Positions 1-8,865 of a DNA stretch of 52,616 nt are shown here, in pieces. The notes beneath the pieces are model-generated. The model saw only the letters and a program-made list of their open reading frames with translations, did no database searches and was not told the DNA's origin. The stretch is from a phage. Numbering within the stretch: position 1 is the first letter of the stretch; the number at the start of each line of letters is the position of its first letter. The position numbers were made by a program, and so were the translations under genes. The stretch lies in the sequence record PZ379594.1, one strand, 5' to 3'.

Positions 1-99
1 GTCAACTAAACATACAGTGTTGTAATGATGTGGCAATCATTGAACTCCCTGTCTTTGGCCGGACAAAGTTCCAGCAACCATGTGTGAAGTAGGATTATC

Positions 100-790
100 A
101 TTCGAAACTGTTCTTCAATATAGCATGTTCAATTGCGACAATATTGCTACCATCTCCTATTATAAAGGCCCACCCACAAGCCGGGAGATAACTTTGGCAA
201 GACTGGAACTTTTGGACATGCTTCTTCTTTTCGAAGTAAATTCGATAACAGAGAAGAGTCGGAGCAAAGCCTCTCGTTTTCACGCAGAAGCCGCCCCGAA
301 TTTGAGCAACAAATATTGTGGCAATATTGCTACAGTATGGCATGTAAATATTGCAACAAATCGGCATGTTAGAATGTGGCAGAATTGTTAGAGGACTAAT
401 CACCTCGAAGATACAATCGTCTACCAATCCGGCATGTAGATTTCGTTGCAGTATTTGTGCCAATTTAAGCATGTAATATTGTAACAGGTTCGTGCTAACC
501 CGCATGAATACTGGCTTCCAGCCAAGCGAAGGCTTTATCATCGCATGTAATATTGTGACAATATTGGGATAAAACCCTTTATTTAATTAGTTTTATTATG
601 CTGTACATGGTCGGTTTTCCGTACCTGCTTGCTCCAATCTTAATGTGCCAAATACATCAAGTATGGGAGTAAACCTGTAATTAATGATGCATGTTTAATT
701 GTGACAAAATTCGTCTATTTGGCAGATGAATTGGTTGCAATTAAGCATGTCCATTTATCATTAGTTGCATGTGAATAAGACCAAATCTCT
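100..790. repeat. Array of at least 8 copies of a ~18-20 bp motif (rGCATGT-N2-4-AATATTG-yrACA, containing the palindrome CAATATTG) in the non-coding leader
   Basis: Copies read near 122, 313, 339, 363, 431, 470, 543, 688 and 745; the two listed ORFs here (80..391 +, 98..541 -) lie inside the repeats and are probably not genes. Confidence 0.6.
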
Positions 791-1047
791 GTAAATTCTG
801 CTGAAATTGTGTGACAGATTTTAGAGAGATTATGTCTCCAAGCTAATCATTGTAGTTTTCGGCACTTGTTGTGTCACATATAGTCTGTGCAAAAGGTGTG
901 GTTTGCAGGAGTGCAAGAGCTTCGCAATACTAGGAAGTAACCGAGAGCAGCACACACAGAGATGCTATATAACTCCCTACAACTTTAAGGTGGATTGAGG
1001 TAAGACAAGACCTCCACAATCGTTCTGTAGGGAGTTTTCTTTTAACT

Positions 1048-1308
1048 TTGGAGAATAAAATGGATACTGTAATTAAAGCTGCTTGTTTTAAAGACCTGCC
1101 AGATGGTCAAATCTTCACTGTTCGTTCTGTGAAGTGGATTAAAGTAAATGAGTCAGACAAGTACAATGCTGTAAAGTTCTTTGATTCAAGCAAAGCATGT
1201 ACTTTTAGCGACAATATTGTTGTCAATATTGAAGTCGAATTAATTCCTGATGACGAAGATGTTGAAGTGACTCTTCGTAACACTGCTGGATATAATGAGG
1301 GATTCTAA
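1048..1308 (+). CDS. hypothetical early protein (86 aa)
   Basis: ORF with GGAG-like RBS upstream; first of a tightly packed co-directional string of small ORFs. Confidence 0.5.
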   Translation: MENKMDTVIKAACFKDLPDGQIFTVRSVKWIKVNESDKYNAVKFFDSSKACTFSDNIVVNIEVELIPDDEDVEVTLRNTAGYNEGF

Positions 1309-1551
1309 ATGAATTATGCACTATATCAATACATCAATCGTGATGGTGTTGTTTCTCATGCTTTGGTTAATACTAAGACCAGAGCAATAATGTTGGCAGA
1401 CTTAATGACTGGTTCATCAATTTACGAAAACAAACTGGTGTGGAAGAATGCCGCATATCCTGAATATGTTTGGCAAGCAATCCAGAACGACAAACATCAC
1501 AAAGTTGTGGCAACTGCCGCACATCCAGACTTCCTGAAAGTAAGAGGCTAA
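1309..1551 (+). CDS. hypothetical early protein (80 aa)
   Basis: ATG immediately follows the upstream stop (TAAATG). Confidence 0.5.
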   Translation: MNYALYQYINRDGVVSHALVNTKTRAIMLADLMTGSSIYENKLVWKNAAYPEYVWQAIQNDKHHKVVATAAHPDFLKVRG

Positions 1552-1553
1552 TC

Positions 1554-1742
1554 ATGGACTTCATCGTCTTCTTCAAATTAAATGGTGTAGAGCAAAGGTT
1601 GTACTTCAATTCTTTACTTCGTTTACAGGAGTGGGCGGAGAAGTTTGTTGGTTACGACTTTGATTACATCAATGCATGTACAACTGACGAACATGAAGAA
1701 ATCGTGTTCAGTGGATTAAATCAAATTCTGGAGGCAAGATGA
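1554..1742 (+). CDS. hypothetical early protein (~62 aa)
   Basis: Internal ATG at 1554 with AAGAGG RBS at 1541-1546; the longer listed ORF from 1470 overlaps the previous gene. Confidence 0.45.
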   Translation: MDFIVFFKLNGVEQRLYFNSLLRLQEWAEKFVGYDFDYINACTTDEHEEIVFSGLNQILEAR

Positions 1743-1972
1743 CACAGTTTAAATTAAAGGCTGACTTAATCGAGTTGGCCTCTTACGAAGAGAAAGTAGA
1801 ATTCCTTCAAGAGAGAATTATTGTCAACTATTGTGGTTGGGCTGACACTATTTTAAGTGAGCTTGTTGTTCGTATTAAAGACGAAGTTGGTATTGATATC
1901 ACTTTCCAACAACTTAACGATGATGTTTTGACTGCCAAAGTGCTGGAAAATCTGGCAGCAAACTTCTATTGA
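1739..1972 (+). CDS. hypothetical early protein (77 aa)
   Basis: ATGA start/stop overlap with the upstream gene. Confidence 0.5.
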   Translation: MTQFKLKADLIELASYEEKVEFLQERIIVNYCGWADTILSELVVRIKDEVGIDITFQQLNDDVLTAKVLENLAANFY

Positions 1973-1980
1973 GGTTAACC

Positions 1981-2151
1981 ATGTTCGAAAATGAAGAAGT
2001 GAGTCTTTGGAGTTTCATGCAAGGTGTTAAGCAAGTTGCAGAAAATCCGAAAATCGAATCTGTTGTAATTTCTCGTGAAATGGCCCTATTCTTGGGCCAA
2101 CACATCAATCTTCTTGAAGAACAGCTTGATGCTGCTCGGAGTGGAAAATGA
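1981..2151 (+). CDS. hypothetical early protein (~56 aa)
   Basis: ATG at 1981 preceded by GAGG; the ORF-track start at 1969 is less well placed. Confidence 0.4.
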   Translation: MFENEEVSLWSFMQGVKQVAENPKIESVVISREMALFLGQHINLLEEQLDAARSGK

Positions 2152-2315
2152 AGAAGAAGCTCAAATATATGACCAAAACAGTTACATATATGGCTATGTA
2201 TGGTGCTTCAAAGCGTAAGGCTAAGAAATTAGCAAGAGCTGCAAATCCTCGCATGCCAGCACGTAAGGTGGCTAAAATCGTAAATCTAGTATTCAGGAAT
2301 TGGAGTATAAAATGA
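2148..2315 (+). CDS. possible small basic protein (55 aa, K/R-rich)
   Basis: ATG at 2148 overlaps the upstream stop; translation MKKKLKYMTK...; below the ORF-track length cutoff, so unlisted. Confidence 0.3.
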   Translation: MKKKLKYMTKTVTYMAMYGASKRKAKKLARAANPRMPARKVAKIVNLVFRNWSIK

Positions 2316-2488
2316 ACGACCAGCAATTCAACACATTTCTGCAACAAATGAATCATACTGAATTAATGAATCATTTGGAAGGCAAGACTAAACAGCAACA
2401 ATATGTTCCTCGTGCTCGTGATAAGTATATGCCAACCATTATTGCATGTGTTGGATTCCTGATTGTTCTCTACTTCCTGGTGAAATAA
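2312..2488 (+). CDS. small membrane protein (~58 aa)
   Basis: ATG at 2312 with GGAG 5 nt upstream; hydrophobic C-terminus (IIACVGFLIVLYFLV); the listed start at 2300 is a TTG. Confidence 0.4.
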   Translation: MNDQQFNTFLQQMNHTELMNHLEGKTKQQQYVPRARDKYMPTIIACVGFLIVLYFLVK

Positions 2489-2585
2489 ATGGATATTGTA
2501 AAGAAATTTGTATTCTGTATTCTGATGTTCCCACTTGTGTTCCTTGTTGTTGGCGCATTCATGTACTTTTAATATTGGAGTTATT

Positions 2586-2849
2586 ATGGCTACTAAAACT
2601 GGCATGATGCTCGTACCACGCCGTAATAACTCTTTGGCTGGTTTCGAGCCGTATAAGATTTACCGTGTTATATCTGGAACTGGTGAAGCAAACCTTTCAG
2701 AAGTCGCCTTGAAGATGGGCCGTATGGTCCATTCCGAAATGTCTTGTAACGTAGTTGATGATGAAGGTAAAATCCGATTTGTAACATTGGATTTCTTTCG
2801 CGAATTTAAACTTGAATCAGAATTAGGTGTTTTATACCATGAAATTTAA
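2586..2849 (+). CDS. hypothetical protein (~87 aa)
   Basis: ATG at 2586 preceded by GGAG. Confidence 0.5.
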   Translation: MATKTGMMLVPRRNNSLAGFEPYKIYRVISGTGEANLSEVALKMGRMVHSEMSCNVVDDEGKIRFVTLDFFREFKLESELGVLYHEI

Positions 2850-3066
2850 ATGTGTTGCTTCAACCAAAGACTACGTTCCAGTTGGCTTAATCATTGAAGG
2901 TGAAGCTATTTCGCCTTTGGAATTTAAAGTGACTAAATCTGCTGAAAGCATTTCTCCAGCATTCCGTAAAGGTGCTGTCGTTCCTATGAATGGTGCATTC
3001 TGGACATGGCAGCGTGACCATCGTGCAGAATTTGCAGATATTTGTGAGCAAGGTGCATTACAATGA
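2839..3066 (+). CDS. hypothetical protein, member 1 of a tandem paralog triplet (KFKCV...EYVP...WTW)
   Basis: Shares MKFKCV, EYVP-G-IIEGE and P-NG-WTW blocks with the next two ORFs. Confidence 0.5.
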   Translation: MKFKCVASTKDYVPVGLIIEGEAISPLEFKVTKSAESISPAFRKGAVVPMNGAFWTWQRDHRAEFADICEQGALQ

Positions 3067-3293
3067 CAAAGTTTATATGTATAAAATCCTCTTCTTCATC
3101 CGAATATGCTCCTAAAGTTGGAGATGTGATTGAAGGAGAACTTGTACAAATACAGCGAAAACATGGAATCGACACTCGAATAATTGTTTCGAATGTTGGG
3201 GACAGAGTGGCTGCCAATGGCAGACCCTACTGGAGCATTGGTGAAAGTGTCCCATTAAACGGAAGTATTTGGACTTGGAAAGAGGTTAAATAA
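3063..3293 (+). CDS. hypothetical protein, paralog 2
   Basis: MTKFICIK...EYAPKVGDVIEGE...PLNGSIWTWKE; same family as 2839 and 3360. Confidence 0.5.
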   Translation: MTKFICIKSSSSSEYAPKVGDVIEGELVQIQRKHGIDTRIIVSNVGDRVAANGRPYWSIGESVPLNGSIWTWKEVK

Positions 3294-3359
3294 TTTCCTC
3301 AACCACTTTTGTAGTGAGAGTGGTTGCTGAATATTATTAATTAACTTGGAGTATATGAA

Positions 3360-3845
3360 ATGGCCAAATTCAAATGTGTAAAGGGTTCTGAATACGTTCC
3401 AGAAGGAACAATTCTTGAGGGTGTCCAGAGAAAGGGCAGACTCATACTTACCAAGCCGTCCGAGCTTCTTGGAATTGACGGAAATCCGAGATTCAGTGAA
3501 GGCGATGACCTGCCAATGGAAGGTGTTTTATGGACTTGGGAAGAGATTAAAGAGAAAGTGAAACAACGTACTCGTTTACATCGTGACCCAGCCACAGGTC
3601 GCATGTTGCCAGCATATTTGAAAGTTGGTGATTTGGTTTACACTCGTGACTTTGCTTTTGATATTTGTCCTAGCAAAGTTTATGTTGTTCTTGCCACCAG
3701 CTTGTCTAAGCCTAAAGTGCTGTTTGGTGCACTTGAGCCAATTCAATTAACCGGAACTCAATTTGTCATTAAAGATGAATCTGGTTGCAATCGCACCTTC
3801 AGTCTTGAAGGCGGATTATCTAAGTGGGAGAAAGTGAAGAAATGA
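3360..3845 (+). CDS. hypothetical protein, paralog 3 with C-terminal extension (161 aa)
   Basis: MAKFKCVKGSEYVPEGTILEG...PMEGVLWTWEE; GGAG RBS upstream. Confidence 0.55.
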   Translation: MAKFKCVKGSEYVPEGTILEGVQRKGRLILTKPSELLGIDGNPRFSEGDDLPMEGVLWTWEEIKEKVKQRTRLHRDPATGRMLPAYLKVGDLVYTRDFAFDICPSKVYVVLATSLSKPKVLFGALEPIQLTGTQFVIKDESGCNRTFSLEGGLSKWEKVKK

Positions 3846-4129
3846 ACAAGAATTCAATTTTGCGTTATGTTGGTAAAACAAATTACAACTTTACCAACGG
3901 TAAGAAGTATAAAATCGTCGCAGGTCGTGGTGACGGAGTTCCTCGCAACAACGGTACACTCGGTGCGTATATTCAATCTCCTTTGGGTTTTGTCGTTAAT
4001 GACGATAACCGTAATTTATCTTATCGTACATTCTCCGATAATTGGGAACTTGTGAAAGATTCTGGTGAAGTTAGTTGGTATAAACCTGAATCAAACATGG
4101 ACCCAATTCCTGTATCGAAGGTGATGTGA
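3842..4129 (+). CDS. hypothetical protein (~95 aa)
   Basis: ATG at 3842 overlapping the upstream stop (ATGA). Confidence 0.5.
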   Translation: MNKNSILRYVGKTNYNFTNGKKYKIVAGRGDGVPRNNGTLGAYIQSPLGFVVNDDNRNLSYRTFSDNWELVKDSGEVSWYKPESNMDPIPVSKVM

Positions 4130-4283
4130 GGATTGAATATTAAATACCTAATACTGACACTTACTATTAGCGTTGTTATACTTACGATTGTTATAGGCTT
4201 TGCCAACCTGCTGCTATTACAAGCAGGAATATAAACTGGCGCGTTAAATTAACAAGGAGCATTCATTGAGTGTTCCTGATTAA

Positions 4284-4311
4284 TCTAACATTAGTTGGAT
4301 GTGAGAGAGAC
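4284..4311 (+). promoter_or_regulatory. conserved promoter-like motif, copy 1 (CTAACATTAGTTGGATGTGAGAGAGA)
   Basis: One of five copies of a ~25-bp motif, all in intergenic DNA upstream of + strand genes; about 70 nt upstream of the 4380 ORF. Confidence 0.5.
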
Positions 4312-4379
4312 AAAGCTATTCCGTGGTTAGCAATGTCACTGTAACTTAAACTGTAATTAACTTAATAGAGAAATTAATC

Positions 4380-4757
4380 ATGGCACAATATAACGATTTA
4401 AACACTGGCATCATTGGTGCAAACGGCTACAAGAAGCAAGACACTCATCCTGATGTTCGTGGCCGCATTAACGTAGAGGGTATCTGGTATTGGGTATCTG
4501 GTTGGACCAAAAAGGCTGGTGACAATGAATTTACTTCATTGGCACTGACCATCATGACTCAGGAACAAGTTGATGAAATGATGCGTAAGCGTGAAGAGAA
4601 AGCTAAAGCCAAAGCTCAACCTCAAGCTGCCGCTCAACAGCAACAGCCACGCCAGCAACCTTCTGCACAACAGCAAGCACCTGTTCAGCAACAGACGCAG
4701 AATAGTAACTACAACCCGAACGAGCCGAAAGACTTCGACGACGACATTCCGTTCTAA
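4380..4757 (+). CDS. small protein with E. coli SSB-like C-terminal tail (Q/P-rich linker ending ...NEPKDFDDDIPF)
   Basis: The last residues DFDDDIPF match the partner-binding tip of enterobacterial SSB as I recall it; the N-terminal ~70 aa could be a compact beta-rich (OB-like) domain. Confidence 0.6.
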   Translation: MAQYNDLNTGIIGANGYKKQDTHPDVRGRINVEGIWYWVSGWTKKAGDNEFTSLALTIMTQEQVDEMMRKREEKAKAKAQPQAAAQQQQPRQQPSAQQQAPVQQQTQNSNYNPNEPKDFDDDIPF

Positions 4758-4764
4758 TAGAGAT

Positions 4765-4794
4765 GCCCTATGAAAATCTTATGTTTTATAGGGC
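4765..4794 (+). other. stem-loop after the SSB-tail gene (GCCCTAT...ATAGGGC)
   Basis: 7-bp inverted repeat with a 16-nt loop; no clear U-tract, so possibly an RNA-stability element rather than a terminator. Confidence 0.3.
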
Positions 4795-4878
4795 TACATA
4801 ATTGGGAAATTTCACACGAAAACGATTATGTAACCATTTGGGTGTGTAAGCACTGTTCAGCAATGCGTGAGGAATATC

Positions 4879-5604
4879 ATGGGAGCTAGAATCTTCGAAA
4901 TTCCAGTAAATCTGGTTAAAAATGGTGATACGCTTTGGTATGCAGATAAAGAGTACCCAATCGTAAATGTAGTCCGCCTACGAGACTGCACAACACTTAA
5001 CTACTTATTGGGAAAAGACCGAAGCGGGTACTTTAACTTCGAAAACAGTCGAATTGTTAAACTTATTGACAAGCAAAACGAATTCAATGTTCCTTACACT
5101 GCGGTGTCACCAACAATTGAGTTTCCTAACCAAATAAATCCAGTATTCCTTCCTGTAGAAGAGTTTAATAAACAGGAAGTATCCGATGAAGAAGATGTTC
5201 TCGGAAAAGATGTGGAAGTTGGTGATGTTATTTGGGTAAATAACAATTGGGCAACTGTAACAAACGTGTACAAACATCCACATTCGCCAGCCAATAAAGT
5301 AAATGTAGACTATGGAAACATTAAAGGTTTACAAGTACGGCTGGCATTAACTGGAACATTCTCAAGAAAGGTAAGAGCAGCAATGGAAACATTAAATATT
5401 CAAAATGCAATTGAAGCACAACGTATTCTTCTGCAAAAGCTGGAGCAAATGCTCGACTTAACGCAGCTCCCACCAACAGAAGATGGCAGGATTGCAATTG
5501 GCAACTGCAACATTCGCGTGGACAAGGCAACAGTTGTTAAAGCCGCACGCGATGAGATGAAAGCTGCCGCAAGCAAATCCGCAGAGCTTATCAAGAAACT
5601 GTAA
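4879..5604 (+). CDS. hypothetical protein (~241 aa), C-terminal helical region
   Basis: ATG at 4879 with GAGG upstream; long uninterrupted ORF. Confidence 0.55.
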   Translation: MGARIFEIPVNLVKNGDTLWYADKEYPIVNVVRLRDCTTLNYLLGKDRSGYFNFENSRIVKLIDKQNEFNVPYTAVSPTIEFPNQINPVFLPVEEFNKQEVSDEEDVLGKDVEVGDVIWVNNNWATVTNVYKHPHSPANKVNVDYGNIKGLQVRLALTGTFSRKVRAAMETLNIQNAIEAQRILLQKLEQMLDLTQLPPTEDGRIAIGNCNIRVDKATVVKAARDEMKAAASKSAELIKKL

Positions 5605-5656
5605 TTAACAGAGGTCATTCCACTTCGAGTGGCCTCGATTAATTACTGGAGGAATT

Positions 5657-6016
5657 ATGAAACTTAAGTACATCATTATTTATACTTTAGCATTAATTGT
5701 TTTGGCGTTCTTCAGCTTTGAGTCTAAAGCGTCAACAAAGAACTTCAAATGTGGAGCATATGCTCTTGTAATTGATAATATTGGAGATAGCCAACCTCTG
5801 ATTGCGTCAATAATTCCTGAAGCTGGTGTTTGGATAGAGGTTCCAAGTGATGAACCCAATCCTGCAACAGTTTTGTTTTACAACATTAAAGATAGCAGGT
5901 TTGCTGCACTGTTTATAAATCATGAAGATAAACTTGTACTTCAGATTTTCCGTGACGGAGACTTCCTCAAAGCAAACTACCCTATCTTATCCACCAGCTG
6001 TACGGAGAAGAAATGA
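5657..6016 (+). CDS. putative secreted/periplasmic protein (119 aa) with N-terminal signal peptide
   Basis: N-terminus MKLKYIIIYTLALIVLAFFSFESKAS is signal-peptide-like. Confidence 0.5.
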   Translation: MKLKYIIIYTLALIVLAFFSFESKASTKNFKCGAYALVIDNIGDSQPLIASIIPEAGVWIEVPSDEPNPATVLFYNIKDSRFAALFINHEDKLVLQIFRDGDFLKANYPILSTSCTEKK

Positions 6017-6246
6017 CTTCAACCGAATTTACCATTGATGGGGTTCAATACCTGCTGGAATCTGATTGCGAATATCGCCAGTGGGCAGTAATTCACGACC
6101 GAGTTGTAAAATACTTGGAACGTGTGGGGAAGGAAACTTCTAAATCTATGTTGTTTGAGGCAACAGTTCTTGGGACAACCTCAATCAATAAAGAACTAGT
6201 ATCCTTCAAATTAACCATTCACCCTAGTGGGAATAATTTTCAATGA
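6013..6246 (+). CDS. hypothetical protein (77 aa)
   Basis: Start overlaps the upstream stop; co-directional packing. Confidence 0.45.
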   Translation: MTSTEFTIDGVQYLLESDCEYRQWAVIHDRVVKYLERVGKETSKSMLFEATVLGTTSINKELVSFKLTIHPSGNNFQ

Positions 6247-6518
6247 TTTCAATAGACCAAGTTCCAGTTGAACTAGGTAAGGCAAAAGGTAAGCTAGATA
6301 ATGCCAAATCCGACTTATCTGCCTTTGATTTAAATGCTCCAGTCGATAAAGTTAAAGTTTTCATCGACTGTATTGACGGATGGGTGCTTGTTGAGCACGC
6401 AGTCCTTCGAGCATTACTTGTTGATGAAGTTACCAAGGCTCAGGCATCATTTGATGAACTTGATAACCTCAACACACTGTTAAACAACACGTTAAACGAT
6501 GCGTTAAAGGGTAAATAA
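6243..6518 (+). CDS. hypothetical protein (91 aa)
   Basis: Start overlaps the upstream stop. Confidence 0.45.
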   Translation: MISIDQVPVELGKAKGKLDNAKSDLSAFDLNAPVDKVKVFIDCIDGWVLVEHAVLRALLVDEVTKAQASFDELDNLNTLLNNTLNDALKGK

Positions 6519-6931
6519 TGAATGTTAAGCTCGGTCAACGTTCTTTAGACCGACTTAAGGGAGTAAATCCTTCATTAGTTGCAGTATTCAAACGGGCATG
6601 TGAAACCATGCCTTTTGATGTAACTGTTTTAGAAGGTTTGCGCTCTTATGAACGTCAACAAGAACTGTTAAAACAAGGTGCAACCAAAGTTTCAGTAAGC
6701 CGACACATGTCTGGTAACGCTTTGGACATTGCACCATATCCAATTGACTGGAATGACCTCGAACGATTCAAAGTTTTAGCTCATCACATGTTCAAAGCTG
6801 CAAAAGAGCTTGGAATTACCATTCGTTGGGGTGGGAACTGGAGCCGTATTGATGAAAATCAGCCGTATCCACCACTTGCACCAGGTAAGAAGAAGCTGAT
6901 TGATATGCCGCACTTCGAACTTCCAGCATAA
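6518..6931 (+). CDS. peptidase M15-family peptidoglycan hydrolase (L-alanyl-D-glutamate peptidase-like)
   Basis: Motifs SRH-x3-G-x-A-x-D and D-x-P-H-F-E ([14 protein letters not shown] ... [10 protein letters not shown]) are typical of zinc M15 peptidases such as the T5-type endolysin; no signal peptide. Confidence 0.7.
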   Translation: MNVKLGQRSLDRLKGVNPSLVAVFKRACETMPFDVTVLEGLRSYERQQELLKQGATKVSVSRHMSGNALDIAPYPIDWNDLERFKVLAHHMFKAAKELGITIRWGGNWSRIDENQPYPPLAPGKKKLIDMPHFELPA

Positions 6932-6951
6932 CTTCATCAATGGAGAATCCG

Positions 6952-7218
6952 ATGAATTATCAAGACATACCAGCAGAGATTCAGCATCACTATGCCCGTA
7001 TAGATAAGGCAAAGAAAGAATTGCATCAAATGTCTGCGCTGAATCTAAGCGATGAAGTTCGATTAAATGCTTATATGGAGGTTGGAGAAACTTCCATGAA
7101 AATTAGCTTCAATGAGAAAGAAGCTATTATGCGGACGCTTATTAAAAATAGCGAGGAAAGATTAGTAAAACTTCGTAAAATACATAGTGCATTAACTGAC
7201 ACAATGGAGAGCATATGA
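6952..7218 (+). CDS. hypothetical protein (~88 aa)
   Basis: ATG at 6952 with GGAG at 6942-6945; ATG at 6940 is an alternative. Confidence 0.45.
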   Translation: MNYQDIPAEIQHHYARIDKAKKELHQMSALNLSDEVRLNAYMEVGETSMKISFNEKEAIMRTLIKNSEERLVKLRKIHSALTDTMESI

Positions 7219-7757
7219 GCACCATTATCCAAGCAATAGAAAATCTTAAGTCCTGGCGTAGAGATGAAACCTTATTGGTTCGTTTCTACACAGGCGAAAC
7301 TAATTCTGAATTTGTAGATGCGTGGATTGATGGCCTGTCTTGGCGTCACTATGATTTCGACATGCGGGATTATTTGCATGAAGAATACGGCATCGAATAC
7401 CCAAAAGATGGGACTTATGACATACTTGAATCAAGTGAAGCAGATGTAACAGAAGTTTGCTTTGCCAATGGCCTGTTCAGCATTCGCAAGTATGATAAGT
7501 TCAATGAGCTGCTTGTTGACACCGATTTGGATGTAATTCTTGCAGCATTCCGCAGTGGTGATATTGATATTTTCACTGTGAATGATTTGAACGACATGTT
7601 CATTACTCGTTGCGATTCAATTGCAGACTACTTCAAGCAAAGTGAAGCACTGGATATTCCAGACCGCCTTGCACCATATATTGATTGGGAAGCAATTGTG
7701 AAAGACTTCGGCAGCGACTATATCTTCTCTGAAGGAGTATTATTCCTAAATGTCTGA
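7215..7757 (+). CDS. acidic protein, possibly ArdA-like antirestriction (DNA mimic)
   Basis: Highly acidic; C-terminal [17 protein letters not shown] and N-terminal VDAWIDG resemble, from memory, the ArdA YIDY-AYGRDL and GAWF blocks; weak, needs profile search. Confidence 0.45.
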   Translation: MSTIIQAIENLKSWRRDETLLVRFYTGETNSEFVDAWIDGLSWRHYDFDMRDYLHEEYGIEYPKDGTYDILESSEADVTEVCFANGLFSIRKYDKFNELLVDTDLDVILAAFRSGDIDIFTVNDLNDMFITRCDSIADYFKQSEALDIPDRLAPYIDWEAIVKDFGSDYIFSEGVLFLNV

Positions 7758-7986
7758 TTTAAATATCAACTCAATCAAGCCAGAAGATATTCTCTTCCAC
7801 CAGCCTCGTGGTCACTACTATCGAATTCTGTTTGCTACAAAGATTAAAACCCACTGCGGCAATTGGGTAGATGGGTTTGCTTACCAGGAAGTTAAGAAGT
7901 ATGGAAATCATACTTTCTTGGGAATTAATTCGGTAATTTACACAAGACCAAAGGAACTGTTTGATTCAGATTGGAAAGCAGTATAG
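7750..7986 (+). CDS. hypothetical protein (78 aa)
   Basis: Overlapping start; last ORF before an ~0.9 kb ORF-poor stretch. Confidence 0.45.
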   Translation: MSDLNINSIKPEDILFHQPRGHYYRILFATKIKTHCGNWVDGFAYQEVKKYGNHTFLGINSVIYTRPKELFDSDWKAV

Positions 7987-8050
7987 TTCCAGGCTGTTCC
8001 GTCGAAGTGCCAAGCGGGTTTTGTACTCGCATTGGCCTTCGGCTTAATTC

Positions 8051-8078
8051 TGAAACATTAGTAGAATTTGATTCTGAC
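8051..8078 (+). promoter_or_regulatory. conserved promoter-like motif, copy 2 (divergent: CTGAAACATTAGTAGAATTTGATTCTGA)
   Basis: Shares the 5' half AATTCTGAAACATTAGT with copy 3. Confidence 0.4.
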
Positions 8079-8190
8079 CTCTTAGGGAAGAAAGGCATTA
8101 TACACTTATCGCCAAATGGGTGTCAAGCACTTTCTTCATTTATTTAATTTTATTCTTATTATTCTTTTTGTTTGGAATATTGGAATAATT

Positions 8191-8219
8191 CTGAAACATT
8201 AGTTGGAATTGAAGAGACA
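8191..8219 (+). promoter_or_regulatory. conserved promoter-like motif, copy 3 (CTGAAACATTAGTTGGAATTGAAGAGACA)
   Basis: Intergenic; close match to the consensus. Confidence 0.5.
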
Positions 8220-8865
8220 ACATCATTGAAGTTCCTTCCATATCGTCTGGGTAGAAGCCCTGTGCACAAGGGTGGAGTGAAAGGTTCGAGTCCTTCCGAT
8301 TGCGCGAGGGAACTTCAAGATGGAATGTTTCCATCATATACATTTATCTTTTTAACATAGGCCAAAGGGCCGGAATACTTATTCGCAGAAAAGCTATTCA
8401 CTTGTTATAGGCGATGTATTGGGATGAATTGGAACTAAATAAGCAAGCTGTTAGGGCTGAATAATTAGAGGGTTATGCCTCATGCTTATGTTAGTCATTC
8501 GAAAATAGGTTTGTGCCACAAGCTGCTGGTGCTCTGAGGAAGTCGGACAAACAGGGCTTAGAGTGGCATAATCCGCACAAAACCGCGCCACCAGCTATGC
8601 CAAAGCAGGTAGGTTGGGTGAATGTATTGGGAAGGGTTACAAAGCCTCTGTGACCTCCGCAGCTTGCCAGGCTGCGGTGCAGTTATGATACGCAGGTCGC
8701 ACCCTAACGGGAGTAATCCTTCGCCAATGCAGTTATCCAGAATTGACACAAACGGTAGGCAGTGGCCCGATTTTCGGCCTTCCTGCGCTGCCCTGTGGCC
8801 TGTTTCCTGGGCCAAAAGATGAGAAGAGAAGTCACAAACACTGAATCGAAAATTGGAGAGTTCCT

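Noticed and set aside
80-541. ORFs 80..391 (+) and 98..541 (-) in the leader
   Set aside because: They lie entirely within the repeat array, overlap each other on opposite strands, have no RBS and are low-complexity; most likely non-coding regulatory DNA.
130-570. Specific sigma-70 promoter assignments within the repeat arrays
   Set aside because: Candidate -35/-10 pairs had wrong spacing (11-13 or 19+ nt) or poor hexamers; left as unassigned regulatory repeats.
100-790. Possible CRISPR array suggested by many short repeats
   Set aside because: Repeat units are only ~18-20 bp, degenerate, irregularly spaced and partly overlapping; no regular repeat-spacer periodicity and no cas genes.
8225-8310. 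Second tRNA suggested by a T-loop-like GGTTCGAGTCC and an anticodon-like hairpin
   Set aside because: No acceptor-stem pairing partner could be found within tRNA distance and the T-stem is mismatched; probably chance or a degenerate remnant.
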